DNA of 64,000 bases from an uncultured delta proteobacterium (lineage in GTDB: Bacteria > Myxococcota > Myxococcia > Myxococcales > Anaeromyxobacteraceae): contig CAVYBH010000012.1 of the NCBI GenBank assembly GCA_963766715.1, forward strand, positions 352,001-416,000, in the 5' to 3' direction. Below are positions 29,659 through 41,065 of this stretch, in pieces (within the stretch, counting starts at the first letter, position 1; each line of letters opens with the position of its first letter). The translations under genes and the position numbers were made by a program. A model generated the notes under the pieces. That model made no database searches, was not told where the DNA came from, and saw nothing but the letters and a program-made list of their open reading frames with translations.

Positions 29659-30579
29659 CTAGCGACCGTTCCGGACGGGCAGGTCCTGCGCCGCGCCGCC
29701 CTCGCCGAACAACTGGCGCAGCAGCTTCACCGCGAGAGGGATCGACGCGGCCAGGATCGCGCCCGCCACCAGGTCGATCGCGTAGTGCAGGGAGAGGTAG
29801 ACGGTGGCGAAGATGATGCCCACCACCGAGAGGGCGAGGGGGACCCGGACCTTCCAGCTGGGGAAGAGGCGCCAGCCGTACCCGAGGTAGACGAGGGAGA
29901 GCGCCGTGTGGCCGCTCGGGAAGGCGTCGAGCTGGTTCACCTCGGCGGCGCGCAGGAAGTCGCGGACCCGGGCGCTGAAGGTACCGCCCCCGAGCACCTG
30001 GAGCTCGAGCTCGGTGGGCACGCGCGGGCCGGAGGTGGGCACCAGGAAGTACCCCACGTAGGAGAGGAGCAACGTGGAGATGAGGACGAACCCGAGGTCG
30101 TCGAAATCCTTCCACCGTCCCTGGACCCAGAGCGCGATGCACATGCCGAAGGGGATGAAGTAGTAGCTCACGTAGAAGAGGGAGGCGCCGTCGGTGAGCC
30201 AGTTGGGGCGCCCGAGGAGGTGCCTCCAGGCCGGGACGAGCGGCCCGAACCACGCCGCGTCGATCGAGGCCATGGTGGCGTCCCACCGCGCGGGATTGAG
30301 CACGCCGATGAGCGGCCCGGCCACGTTGAAGATGACGACGACGATGGGCAGGGGAAGGAAGGCGTGGGCCACCCGGCCGAGCTCGGAGTGGCGCGCCCAG
30401 GCCGCGGCGGCGACGAAGAGGGTCGACAGGATGCCGAGCAGGACGAGGAAGTGCAGCGGCTCGTCGTGCGCGAAGGCCGCCACCAGGGCCAGGAAGCCCA
30501 TGAAGGCGAGCATCATCTTGTCGAGGGGGGCGAACCACGAGAGGAATCCCACCCGCTCCGCCCGGCTTTCCAGCTCCAT
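29659..30579 (-). CDS. PAP2-family membrane phosphatase/transferase
   Basis: PTSGPR, AFPSGHTA, VYLSLHYAIDLVAG; multiple TM helices. Confidence 0.85.
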   Translation of the reverse strand: MELESRAERVGFLSWFAPLDKMMLAFMGFLALVAAFAHDEPLHFLVLLGILSTLFVAAAAWARHSELGRVAHAFLPLPIVVVIFNVAGPLIGVLNPARWDATMASIDAAWFGPLVPAWRHLLGRPNWLTDGASLFYVSYYFIPFGMCIALWVQGRWKDFDDLGFVLISTLLLSYVGYFLVPTSGPRVPTELELQVLGGGTFSARVRDFLRAAEVNQLDAFPSGHTALSLVYLGYGWRLFPSWKVRVPLALSVVGIIFATVYLSLHYAIDLVAGAILAASIPLAVKLLRQLFGEGGAAQDLPVRNGR

Positions 30580-30731
30580 TCGCGTTCCGTCCTCAGGCCA
30601 AAAGGTCGCGCAGTCTACTCGATCGTCCGCGGGCCAAGGCAAGGGCGCCGGGCGCAAAGTGGACCCAATGGGGTGTGTTTGGGTCGAATCCGTGGAAACG
30701 AATCGGCAAATTCGACAATTCCTTGGCTGGG

Positions 30732-31559
30732 ATGACCCATCGGCTGCTCACCAGCGCTGAAGTCGCGAAGATCCTCGGAGTCACGGCAGGTTCCGTGAAG
30801 CGATGGGCCGATCTCGGACTCCTCCGGTGCGCCCGCACGGTCGGCCGGCACCGGCGCTTCGACCCCGTGGAGGTCGAGAGGTTCCGCAAGGACCAGACCG
30901 GCGAGGTCCAGCCCACCCACGGACCGGACGTGGAGGGCTGGCTCGACTTGCTGCTCTCCGACTCCGACCCGCACCAGCTCCTCGCCACCCTCTACTCGGA
31001 GCGGGCCCGGCTCGGCGCCTGGTGGAAGGTCGCCGAGTCCCTCTCGGCGGTCCTGGAGGAGATTGGGGAGCGCTGGACGGAGGGGTCGCTCTCCATCCTC
31101 GAGGAGCACGTGGCGAGCGAGAGGCTCTCCCGGATCCTGGCCCAGGTGTCGGACCAGCTTCCTTCCCGGCCCGGCGCGCCGCGCCTGCTCTTGACCACCG
31201 CCGAGGGGGAGGAGCACACCCTCGGGCTCTCCCTCGCGGAGATGGTCATCCGCGAGCACGGCTGGCCCGTCCTCTGGGCGGGGCGGCGGGTGCCGCTCTC
31301 CGAGATCGTCGCCCACGTGGCGAGCGGCGCGGTCGACGCCGTGGCCGTGTCGGCGAGCGGGATCGCGGACCCGGGCGACCTGCTGGCCCAGACCGAGCGG
31401 CTCGGCGCGATCTGCCGGGCGGGTGAGGTCCACCTCCTGCTCGGCGGGTCCGGACCCTGGCCGGAGTGGATTCCCTACGGCGCCCGCGTCGTGACCTTCC
31501 AGGAGCTGCGCGGCTGGCTGAAGGTGGTGGAGACCGGATCGGCGCCGGAACCGGCGTGA
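30732..31559 (+). CDS. CarH/LitR-type regulator: MerR-like HTH + cobalamin-binding domain
   Basis: N-terminal HTH (AEVAKILGV..KRWAD..TVGRHRRF), W-x9-EH (WTEGSLSILEEH) and ExHxxG (GEEHTLG) motifs. Confidence 0.85.
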   Translation: MTHRLLTSAEVAKILGVTAGSVKRWADLGLLRCARTVGRHRRFDPVEVERFRKDQTGEVQPTHGPDVEGWLDLLLSDSDPHQLLATLYSERARLGAWWKVAESLSAVLEEIGERWTEGSLSILEEHVASERLSRILAQVSDQLPSRPGAPRLLLTTAEGEEHTLGLSLAEMVIREHGWPVLWAGRRVPLSEIVAHVASGAVDAVAVSASGIADPGDLLAQTERLGAICRAGEVHLLLGGSGPWPEWIPYGARVVTFQELRGWLKVVETGSAPEPA

Positions 31560-32813
31560 CCGCCGCCCGGCGCGAGCGGACGGTCCTCCTCCTCGTCTCG
31601 GCGGTGCAGTTCGTCAACGTCCTCGACTTCATCATGGTGGTTCCGCTGGGTCCGGATTTCGCGTCCGCCCTCGGGATCCCCATGTCCCGCCTCGGTCTCG
31701 TCACCGGCAGCTACACCCTGGCGGCGGCGGTCGCCGGCGCGGTGGGGTCGAGCTTCCTGGACCGCTTCGATCGGCGCTCGGCGCTGGCCGTGGCGATGAC
31801 CGGCCTGGTGGCGGCGACCGCGGTCGGAGGGCTCGCCTCCGGGCTCGGAACGCTGCTCGCCGCCCGGGTGGCGGCGGGACTGTTCGGCGGCCCAGCCACC
31901 TCCCTCTCGTTCGCGATCGTCGCCGACACCGTTCCTCCCGAGCGGCGCGGCCGCGCCATGGGCGTCGTCATGGGGGCCTTCTCGGTGGCGTCCGTGCTCG
32001 GCGTCCCGACCGGACTCTGGCTCGCACAGGCGGGAGGGTGGCGCCTTCCCTTCCTGGCGGTGGCGGGGCTCGGGGCGGTCGTCGGGGCCCTGGCGCTGTT
32101 CCTGATGCCGTCGCATGCGGGGCCATCTCGAGCACGCGGCCAGCGCGGCGCTCCGCGGCTACGCCTTTCTCCGGGAGCCCGCCGCGCTCCTGTCGCTGGC
32201 CGCCACCGGCACGACCATGGCCGCCACCTTCGCCCTGGTCCCGAACCTGGCCGCCTTCCTCCAGTTCAACGCCGGGTGGCCCCGGGAGCGGCTCGGGCTC
32301 CTCTACATGGTGGGCGGGGTGCTCTCCTTCGCCGTCCTGCGGGGCGTGGGCCGGGCCGTCGACCGCTACGGGGCGCCCCGGACCGCGGCGGTGGGGACCG
32401 CCGTCCTGCTCGCCAACCTGGGACTCGACTTCGTTCCGCCCGTCCCGCTCCTGCCGGCCTGGGGGCTCTTCCTGCTCTTCATCCTCGCCAACTCGATCCG
32501 GAATCCCGCGCTCAGCGCGCTCGCCTCCCGCGTTCCGCGCGCCGACGAGCGGGCCCGCTTCCAGTCCACCCAGTCTGCGGTGCAGCACCTCGCCTCCGCG
32601 GCGGGCGCGCTGCTCTCCTCGGCGCTGCTCGCCACGGGGGAGGGGGGACGCCTCGAGGGGATGTGGAAGGTGGCGCTCTTCAGCGGAACCCTGGCGCTGG
32701 CGCTGCCGCTCCTGCTCGCGAGGGTCCACCCGCGCGTCCTTCGACGCGAGAAGGAGGAGCGAGGGTCCGTGGCGCGGGCGGAGGCGATGGCGCTGACCGC
32801 CATCGAGCCGTGA
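31556..32813 (+). CDS. MFS transporter (frameshift near 32115)
   Basis: LDFIMVVPLGP, DRFDRR, RVAAGLFGG, ERRGRAMG; second half in the 32115 frame. Confidence 0.85.
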
Positions 32814-32825
32814 CGGGAGTCCGAC

Positions 32826-33095
32826 TCAGGGAGCCGGGATCTCGCCGCGCAGGATGGGGTCGAGCTTGCCCTGCTGGTCGAGCGCGTCGATGTCGGTGAA
32901 TCCGCCCAGCGGCCGCCCGTCGACGAAGATCTGGGGAACCGTCTTCTGCCCCGAGGCCTCGGCCAGCCAGGTCCGGAGCTCGTCGTTGCCTTCCGCGTCG
33001 ATCTCCTCGTACGCCACGCCCTTGCGGTCGAGGAGCGCCTTGGCGCGCACGCAGTAGGCGCAGTTCTTCTTGGAATACACCTGGACCTTGGCCAT
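32826..33095 (-). CDS. grxC: Glutaredoxin 3-like
   Basis: CAYC, TVPQIF, GGFTD. Confidence 0.9.
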   Translation of the reverse strand: MAKVQVYSKKNCAYCVRAKALLDRKGVAYEEIDAEGNDELRTWLAEASGQKTVPQIFVDGRPLGGFTDIDALDQQGKLDPILRGEIPAP

Positions 33096-33107
33096 CCTGG
33101 GATCCTA

Positions 33108-34035
33108 ATGACGCGCAAGCCAGCCGTCACGTCCCGCCGGAGGACGTTGCACGTTCCGCGGGAGCTCGCTGGCGAGCGGCTCGATCGCTTCCTCGCGCGT
33201 GCGCTGCCGGCCAGCCCGGAGCGCACCCGGGCCCTCATCGCGGGTGGCCACGTCCGCATCCGCGGGAAGACCTGCTCTCCCCATCCGCAAGCTGTTCGGG
33301 GGCGAGGCGATCGAGCTCGATCTCCCGGCCCCGGTCCCGGCGGCGGTCTCCGCGCAGGACCCGGACCTGCCGGTCCTGTACGAGGACGCCGACGTGCTCG
33401 TGGTGGACAAGCCGCACGGGCTCGCGGTCGAGCCCTCCTCGCCGGGCGCGGCCTCCGCGGTCGGCGCGGCCAGCCGGCGCGGCGGGTTCGACGTGGACGG
33501 CAGGGCGCTCCCGGGCCTTCCCCACCGGATCGACAGGGACACCACCGGGTGCCTGCTGCTCGCCCGCTCCGACGCCGGCCCTGGCGGCGCTGCGCCGGGC
33601 GTTCGAGGAGGGGCAGGTGGACAAGGAGTACCTGGCGCTCGTCGCCGGGGAGCCACCCGACGAGGGCCGGATCGACACCCCGTACGGCCGCGACCCGGCC
33701 AATCCGCGGAAGTTCACCACCCGGCGGGAGTCGCCGCGGCGCGCCCGGCTGGCCTTCCGGGTGGAGCGCCGCCTCGCCGGGGGGGCGCTCCTCCGGGTGA
33801 CGCTCGAGACCGGGCGCACCCACCAGATCCGCGTGCAGCTCGCCGAGGCGGGCTGGCCGATCCTGGGAGACGCGGTCTACGGCCGTCCGTCGCCCCTCAT
33901 CGGCCGGCAGGCGCCTCCACGCCTGGCGGCTCTCCTTCCCGACGGCCGTCCGACGGCGCGCGGGTGCAGGTCGAGGCGCCCGTGCCCGCGGATCTCGCCG
34001 GGGCCGCGGAGGTCATGGCCCGATCGGCACCGTGA
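33108..34035 (+). CDS. RluA/RluD-family pseudouridine synthase with S4 domain (3 frameshifts)
   Basis: GERLDRFL, VVDKPHGL, HRIDRDTTG, LETGRTHQIRV, PILGDAVY spread across frames. Confidence 0.85.
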
Positions 34036-34855
34036 ACGGGCCAGCCACGGCCTGGCCGCCCCGCAGGTCGAGGGCGACGATCCAGATCTCGGCCGACGTC
34101 TGGCCGGGGAGGAGGTCCGTGCCCTCGAGGTTCACCGTGGTGTCGGTGCCGGTGGCGAGGCCGTCCGAGAAGCGTCCCGCGGTCGAGTAGTAGTAGCCGG
34201 TCATGGTCTCGGTCTGCTGGACGCCGGCGGCGTCCACGTAGGTCTGCACGCTGGACGGGTCGATGAGGAGCCGCACCGGCAGCTTGCCGTTCACGGCGAG
34301 CGGGGGGGTGGGCACGCCCACCTGGGCCGGGACGCCGCCGATCTCGACGCCGGTGATGACGGGCGGGAGGTTCGGGTCGGCCGGGGCCTGCCGGGTCCAC
34401 TGGGGGATCTGCAGCACCGCGTCCCGCGACGCGCCGTCGGCCGTCGCCACGCGGTAGCGGAAGACGGTGAGGATCTGCGCCGGGAGGTCGGCCGGGATCG
34501 TGCCGCCCGCCGCGCCCAGGCACTGCGTGACGAGCTGGGTGGGGTTGGCGGTCACGGAGCCGTCCGCCGCCGGGGCGAGGTCCACCTCGCACTGCGGCAC
34601 GGCGCAGGCGTAGGCCGAGACCGAGCCGGCGGAGAGGGGGCAGAAGGTCCACCGCTGCGAGGCGATGGACGAGCCGGGCGGAAGGTAGTCGCGCGGCTGG
34701 ATGGTCACCGACTGTCCGGGTGCGAGCTCCAGCGGGTCGGCCACGAGCGCGAGGACCCGGAGCCCCAGCAGGTCGCTCTGCGGGGCGAAATCGTTCGTGC
34801 AGCCGGTCACGACGAGCAGGGCCCCGAGGAGCGCCGGCGCGAGAGCGCGGTTCAT
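34013..34855 (-). CDS. Lipoprotein associated with the TonB-dependent receptor
   Basis: MNRALAPALLGALLVVTG-C lipobox; LRVLALVADP; start abuts the receptor stop. Confidence 0.8.
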   Translation of the reverse strand: MNRALAPALLGALLVVTGCTNDFAPQSDLLGLRVLALVADPLELAPGQSVTIQPRDYLPPGSSIASQRWTFCPLSAGSVSAYACAVPQCEVDLAPAADGSVTANPTQLVTQCLGAAGGTIPADLPAQILTVFRYRVATADGASRDAVLQIPQWTRQAPADPNLPPVITGVEIGGVPAQVGVPTPPLAVNGKLPVRLLIDPSSVQTYVDAAGVQQTETMTGYYYSTAGRFSDGLATGTDTTVNLEGTDLLPGQTSAEIWIVALDLRGGQAVAGPFTVPIGP

Positions 34856-37429
34856 CACCACTCTCCCTTCAGCCCGAGGATGGGCAGGATGGGCAGGCCG
34901 GTCGTGGCCGTGCGATCCGTGTAGTCGTAGTTGTACGTCCAGCCTTCCTGGTTCTTCCGGTTGGTCACGTTCTGGGTGTCGAGGTAGAGGGTCAGGGTCC
35001 AGTCCTTGAAGGTCCAGATCTTGTCGATGCGCAGGTCGAGGGCCCAGAAGCTGGCCAGCCGATCGGAGTTGGTGTCGCCGTAGACGGGGACGAAGACCCC
35101 GGTGGCGGAGTCGAAGACCGAGCCGACGACGGGCGTGGAGGGGTTTCCCGAGACGTAGCGGAAGCGCGCCCCCGCCGACCAGCCCCTCCCGAGCTGGTAG
35201 GTCCCGAGCACGGTCAGGTTGCTCGGCTGGTCGAAGTCGAAGGGGCGCTCCCCGTCGGGCGGGTCGGTGCGCAGCGAGCGCTGGTAGGTGTAGGCGAGCC
35301 ATCCCGCGAACCGATCCCCGATGGCCACCTTGAGCAGGGTCTCCACGCCGTAGATGGTGCCGGTTCCGGTGCTGGTGTACCGCGGCGCGTTCGGGTCGTA
35401 GTTCGAGCTCGAGTTCGCGATGGCCTGCCGGGTGAGCGACTTGTAGAAGGGGGTCACGTCGAGGGTGATGCCGTCGACGATCCGCTGTCCCAGGCCGAGG
35501 GAGACCTGGAGGCTGCGCTCGGGCAGGAGGAACGGGTTGCCGGTCACCGTGTTGCTCTTCTGGGCGGCGGGCGCCTGCTGGTACATGCCGACGCCCGCCC
35601 GGAGGACGGTTCCCGGGACGACCTCCCACCGGGCCAGGAGGCGCGGGTCGACGGCCCACTCGTTGATCTCGGAGAACCAGTTCGCGCGGACGCCGGGCAG
35701 GATCGAGAGGTTCGGGATCGGGGCCCAGCGCAGCTCGGCGAAGGCCGCGGGGGACTGGATCCAGGTGGTGAGCTGGGCGCCGATCTGCGGCAGCGACGAG
35801 GGCGGCAGGGGATTGGGCCCCGTGGAGCTGGGCAGGTTCACGGAGATCCTGGCCCGGTCGAACTCGAGGTCGAGGCCGCCGCGCAGCTGCCACTGCGCGT
35901 CGAAGTCGTAGCTCCAGGTGCTGCGCAGGGCCAGCCGCTGCAGGTTGAGGTCGAAGAAGTACTGGGGCCCGAGCTGGGTGCTGATCTCCTGCAGGCCGAT
36001 CACCATCGACGTGTCCTGCCGGAAGCGGGGCGAGAACGTCTTCGAGTACTCCGCCTGCAGGTTGTAGAAGGAGACCCGCGCGTCGATCTGGCCGGTGATG
36101 GTGGGGTCGTTCATCGGCTTGTCGAAGAGGCCGACCAGCCGGTCCATCGATCCGTAGAAGATGATGCGAAGGTGCTGGCTCGCGTCGGGGTTCCAGGCGG
36201 CGATGAACTGGAAGTCGTAGAAGCGCGGGGCGGTGCTGAAGGAGAGGTTCGAGTCCTTGGGCAGGAAGAGCGGGAGCACGGTGTCGATCCAGGAGCGCCG
36301 GAACGCTCCTCCGAGGGACCAGCCCTTGCCGAGGCCGCCCTCCATCTCCACGCCCACGTCGTAGACGTTCACGTCGGCCTGGCCGTGGAAGCCGTCCTGG
36401 CGCGGGTCGCGGACCCGGACGTCGATGATGCCGCCCTGGGCGCGTCCGTAGTCGACCGAGAAGTTTCCCGGGACGAACTCGACCGACTGGAGGAAGGCCG
36501 GGGCGAACGTGCTCCGGATCCCGCCGAAGTGATAGAGCTGCGGAATCTGCTGGGACTCGAGGAAGACCTTGCTGTCCCCCGGGGCCGAGCCGCGCAGCAC
36601 GAGGAGCCCCGCGCCGAAGGGAGCGCGCGCCGCGCCCGGCAGGTTGAGGACCGCCTTCAGCGTGTCCCCGGCCGACCCGGGCACCGTGGCCACCTGCTGC
36701 GCGGTGAGCACGTCCTTCATCACCTCCCGCTGGATCGCGGCGGCGCTCACCACGGTCTCGTTCGCGCCCCCCACGGTCTCGAGCAGGTAGTTCTCCTCCC
36801 GGGTCTCGCCGGACCGGGCCTTCACGAACAGGTCGAGCTTCTGGTGATCGGGCGGAAACGCCAGGAGCTGGAACTCCGCGTCCGGCACCTCGATCTGGAA
36901 GCGGCCCGAGCCGTCGGTGGTGGCGCGGGCGGCCACCCGGTCGCCGACCTTCGCCTCGACCGGAACGTTGGCGAGCGGGAGCCGCGAGCCCCGCTCCAGG
37001 ATGAAGCCGGTGAGCTTCACGGGGGCGGGCGCGGGGGGCGGAGGCGGCTCCTGGATCCGCAGCCGGAAGGTGACCGTGACCGGGACCGCCTCGCCGGTGG
37101 AGAGGCGCCCCGGCTCGAAGTCGAACCGGCGAGCCGCCGCCAGCGCGGCCCCGTCGAAGGGCTCGCCGGCGCCGCTCTCGACGGCGGCCTTCTCCACCTT
37201 GCCGTCGGCGCCGACGTCGAGCGAGAGGACGACGACCACCTCGGGGGAGGGGAACCTCGTGCCGGCCGGGACGTCGGCCGGGACGAGCTCCTTCAGCCGG
37301 GGCGGGCTGGCGAGCGTCGGCTCCTCGGGAGCGGCGGGTCGCCGCGGGCTGCTGCGCGAGGGCCGCGGCCGGGACGCCGAGGAAGGCGAGGAGCGCGAGG
37401 AGACGCACGGGGTGGACGGCTCGCTTCAT
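34855..37429 (-). CDS. TonB-dependent outer-membrane receptor with N-terminal TonB_C-like and carboxypeptidase-regulatory-like domains (frameshift near 37330)
   Basis: Signal peptide, FDGAALAAARRFDFEPG, plug (NLPG..VLRG..YGRAQGGII), C-terminal LGLKGEW. Confidence 0.88.
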
Positions 37430-37433
37430 CGGT

Positions 37434-38176
37434 TCATCCCTCGAGGCGGAACTTGTAGGTCCAGGGAACGGTGGCGGGAACGGCCTTTCCCCCCCGGGTG
37501 GCCGGCCGGAAACGGAAGCGGCGGACCAGCTTCTGGGCCACCTCGTCGAAGCCGCTGCCGGCGGAGCGTATCACGCGCGATCCGGTCACCTCGCCGGTGG
37601 CCGAGACCGTGAGCTCGAGACGGACGTCCCCCTCGAGCCCGGCGCGGCGGGCCGACTCGGGGTAGAGCGCGCGCATCTCCGAGAGGTCGGGCTGGGCGAT
37701 CAGGCTCGGCGCCGAGTCCGGCTCCACGGCGTAGGCCGGGGCGTCGGGGCTCGTGCTCGTCCCGCCGGGCGTGGCGCGAAGCGCGGGGGCCGTTCCCGGG
37801 GGCGCGGTGGGAACCGCGATGCCGCCGCCGGGGACGGTGGCCTCGAGCGACACGGCGAAGCGGCGCGGGGCCGCGGGGGGAGGCGGGGTCGGGCTCGCGG
37901 GCGTGGGCAGGAGCGGCGCCGGCGCGACCGGCTGCTTCGCGGGGGCGCTCCGGGCTGGCTCCATCCGCTTCGGAGGGGGCTCCTTGGGCGGCGGAGGAGG
38001 CGGAGGGGGCTCGGGCTCGGCGGGGCGGCTCTCCACGAGGCGAACCCGCGTCGGGGGCCGGGCGCTCCGACGCACGGCGCACCGGCGGCGAGAGCAACGC
38101 CCAGGCGAGGAGGGCCGCCGTAGAGGGCGAGCGCGAGGGCCCAGCCCTGCGCTCCGGTGTGCCCGACCCGCTTCAC
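37434..38176 (-). CDS. tonB: Energy transducer TonB (frameshifted N-terminus)
   Basis: Pro-rich linker, YPESARRAGLEGDV, FRFRPA. Confidence 0.85.
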
Positions 38177-38610
38177 TTCTCGGGAGCCTCGACCGGCTTG
38201 GTGTCGAGCGCGATGTCGGTCACGCCCTCCTGGCGGAGGCGGTCGACCACCTGCGCGAACCGCCCGTACGGGGCGGCGACGTCGGCCGAGACGAAGCCGG
38301 TGAGCTTCTGCCCCTGCTGGAGCCGGCTCCGGGCCTCGCCCACGGCGCGGGGGATGTCCTCCAGGCGGGCAGGCTGGCCGTTCACGTAGAGATCGCCGGT
38401 GCGGGTGACGACGAAGGCGAGGAGGCCCACCGCCGTCTCCGACCCGGTGGCGGCCCGCGGCACCTCGACCTGGATGCTCTTCGACACGATGAGCGAGGAG
38501 GTCACCAGGAAGACCACGAGCAGCACCAGCGCCACGTCGACGATGGGCGTGATGTTCACGCCGGTGACGAGCTCGTCGGCGGGGTCGGTGCCGAAGCCGC
38601 CGGTGTTCAC
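38173..38610 (-). CDS. exbD: ExbD/TolR
   Basis: VNITPIVDVALVLLVVFLVT, ADVAAPYG. Confidence 0.9.
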   Translation of the reverse strand: MNTGGFGTDPADELVTGVNITPIVDVALVLLVVFLVTSSLIVSKSIQVEVPRAATGSETAVGLLAFVVTRTGDLYVNGQPARLEDIPRAVGEARSRLQQGQKLTGFVSADVAAPYGRFAQVVDRLRQEGVTDIALDTKPVEAPEK

Positions 38611-39271
38611 GGCGACTCCTCCCCGTCCTGCCGCTCCACCGATCCCAGGTTGGCCAGCAGCTCGCGCATGACCGCCTCGGCCTGGCGCAGGCGGACGCGC
38701 CATGTGCGCGCGCAGGAGGTTGTAGGAGATCACGCCCGGGACGGCGACGAAGATGCCGAAGGCGGTCGAGGCGAGCGCCTCGGCGATGGAGACCATCACC
38801 TGGGGATTCCCGGCCGACTGGGTGCTCCCCGCCTGGCCGAGGCCGTAGAAGGCGCCGACGATCCCGATGATGGTCCCGAGGAGGCCGACGAGCGGCGCGA
38901 TGTTGGCGATGGTGGTGAGCCAGGCCACGCGCGCGTCGTACCGGGACCGCTCGGCGGCCAGCGAGGCCAGCATCTCCTCCTCGACGGCCTTCGGATCGCG
39001 CTCGCCGCGCTGCACGGAGTCGAGCCCGGAACGCAGGACGTTCCGGATGAGCGTGTCCCGCTGCACGAGCGCCAGGGCCCCGCCGAGGTCCCGCCGGCGC
39101 AGCGCCTCCTGGAAGGCGGCCTGCAGGGCGGCGAAGCCCTCGCGGGTCCGGAAGTACAGGAGGACGCCGGTCGGCGGTGATGGCGACGCCGATGAGGGAG
39201 AAGGTCACCAGGACCCAGTTCACCCATTCGGCACCGAGGAGGTTCAGCTGGAGGAATCTCTGCGTCAGCAT
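38607..39271 (-). CDS. exbB: ExbB/MotA/TolQ proton channel (frameshifts near 39170 and 38700)
   Basis: APLVGLLGTIIGI, IAEALASTAFGIFVAVP. Confidence 0.88.
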
Positions 39272-39296
39272 CCGTGCACCCCGTCGAGGTCGCAGA

Positions 39297-39331
39297 TATA
39301 ATGAATCACGTGACCGATACTAATTCGCATT
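39297..39331. promoter_or_regulatory. AT-rich divergent promoter region: TATAAT (39297-39302, +) and Fur-box-like site (39313-39331)
   Basis: Minus strand AATGCGAATTAGTATCGGT matches AATGATAATCATTATCATT at 13/19, just upstream of exbB. Confidence 0.5.
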
Positions 39332-39365
39332 CTACCGCGCCGGCCAGCGGAAGGAGGGCGTCTGA

Positions 39366-40065
39366 ATGGGGCGCAGGGCGGGCTCGAGGAACCTGGACTA
39401 CGCCTCGACAAGGGAGCAGATCGTGGCCCGCCTGGCGACCGGAATATTGGCGAGCAATCGGTCGCATCTGAGCTTCCGCGAGCTGGCCCACGCCGCCGGC
39501 GGTTCCGCCGTCCACCCTCCGGCACTACTTCCCGGATCGCGGACGGGTGCTCGAGGCCGTGCTCGAGCGGGTGCACGACCTCGGGCTCCGCTACGTGGCC
39601 GAGGGAGCGACCGCCGAGCGCGGCGACGTCCGCGCGTCCCTGCGCTGGTTCCTCGGATTCCTGGTGGAGGGCTGGAGCCACGGCGTGGGACGCGCCCACG
39701 CGCTCGGGCTGACCGAGGGCATCGGGGACGAGGCGATCGGTCCGGCCTACCTGCGCACCCTGCTCGAGCCCACCCTCCACTCGGCCGAGGCGCGGATCGC
39801 GCTTCACATGGCGCGCGGGGAGCTCGGTCCCTGCGACGCCCGGCTGGCCGCGGTCGAGCTGGTGGCGCCGCTCGTCCTCGTCCTGCTCCACCAGCGCGCG
39901 CTGGGGGGCGCCTCGGTCCGGCAGCTCGACGTGGACGCGTTCCTCGACGAGCACGTCGCTCGGTTCCTGCGGGCCTTCGCGCCCACCGCGGTCGCGAGGG
40001 AGACCCCGCCCGCGCACGCAGGGCGAGGGGGCCCGGCGCCGCTCGACGCGATGAGTGGTATGTAG
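39366..40065 (+). CDS. TetR/AcrR-family transcriptional regulator (frameshift near 39505)
   Basis: LSFRELAHAAG..TLRHYF HTH across the frameshift; helical C-terminal domain. Confidence 0.75.
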
Positions 40066-40077
40066 CAACGGGAACGA

Positions 40078-41043
40078 ATGCACTCCGTCGGCACGCCAGC
40101 GCTCTGGATCGGCTTCCTGGTCTTCGTCCTGGGCATGCTCGCCCTCGACCTCGGCGTGTTCCATCGCAGCGATCGGATCCTCGGCCTGCGCGAGGCCCTG
40201 GGCTGGAGCCTCGCCTGGGTGACGCTCTCGCTCCTCTTCGGGGCGGGGGTCTTCCTCTTCCTGGGGCACGGCGCCGGCCAGGAGTTCCTCACCGCCTACG
40301 TCGTCGAGAAGTCGCTGTCGGTCGACAACCTCTTCGTCTTCGTCGTGCTCTTCGGGGCGCTGGGAATCCCGCGCGCGCTCCAGCACCGGGTCCTCTTCTG
40401 GGGAATCCTCTCGGCGCTCGTCCTGCGGGCGGCCATGATCCTGGGCGGGGTGGCGCTGCTCGCCCGCTTCCACTGGCTCACCTACGTCTTCGGCGCCTTC
40501 CTGGTCTTCACCGGCTGGAAGCTGTGGGCCCAGGAGGAGGACACGGGCTCCGGGGCGACGCGGATCCTCGACGCGGTCCGGCGCGTCCTCCCCACGACGA
40601 ACGACCTCCGGGGCCATGCCTTCTTCGTCCGCGAGGACGGGAGGATCCGCGGCACGCCGCTCCTCCTGGCGCTCGTCGCCATCGAGATCGCCGACGTCGC
40701 CTTCGCCGTGGACTCGATCCCGGCGGTCTTCGCCGTCAGCACCGATCCCTTCATCGTCTTCACGTCCAACATCTTCGCCATCCTCGGCCTGCGCTCCCTC
40801 TACTTCCTGCTGGCCGACCTGGTGGGACGCTTCGTGTACCTCCGGCCGGGGCTCTCGGCCGTGCTGATCTACGTGGGCGTGAAGATGTTGATCGTCAGCT
40901 GGGTGAAGATCCCGCCGTCCATCTCGCTGGCCATCATCCTGGGAATCCTCTCCGTCGCGGTGCTGGCGTCCTGGCTCGTCACCGGACGCACCCGGAAGGC
41001 GGAGCCCGAGGGCGAGGACGAAGGCGTGAACCCGCCGCCGTAG
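40078..41043 (+). CDS. TerC/Alx family metal-homeostasis membrane protein
   Basis: EKSLSVDNLFVF, FAVDSIPA, SNIFAILGLRSLYF. Confidence 0.93.
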   Translation: MHSVGTPALWIGFLVFVLGMLALDLGVFHRSDRILGLREALGWSLAWVTLSLLFGAGVFLFLGHGAGQEFLTAYVVEKSLSVDNLFVFVVLFGALGIPRALQHRVLFWGILSALVLRAAMILGGVALLARFHWLTYVFGAFLVFTGWKLWAQEEDTGSGATRILDAVRRVLPTTNDLRGHAFFVREDGRIRGTPLLLALVAIEIADVAFAVDSIPAVFAVSTDPFIVFTSNIFAILGLRSLYFLLADLVGRFVYLRPGLSAVLIYVGVKMLIVSWVKIPPSISLAIILGILSVAVLASWLVTGRTRKAEPEGEDEGVNPPP

Positions 41044-41065
41044 GACCGGCGCCGGAGCGGACGCC

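Noticed and set aside
30680..30731. CarH operator made of 11-bp direct repeats
   Set aside because: TCGGCA/TCGACA/TTGGCT-like units are irregularly spaced (9 and 11 bp), too weak to call
40040..40078. yybP-ykoY Mn riboswitch before terC/alx
   Set aside because: Only 12 bp separate the TetR stop from the TerC start
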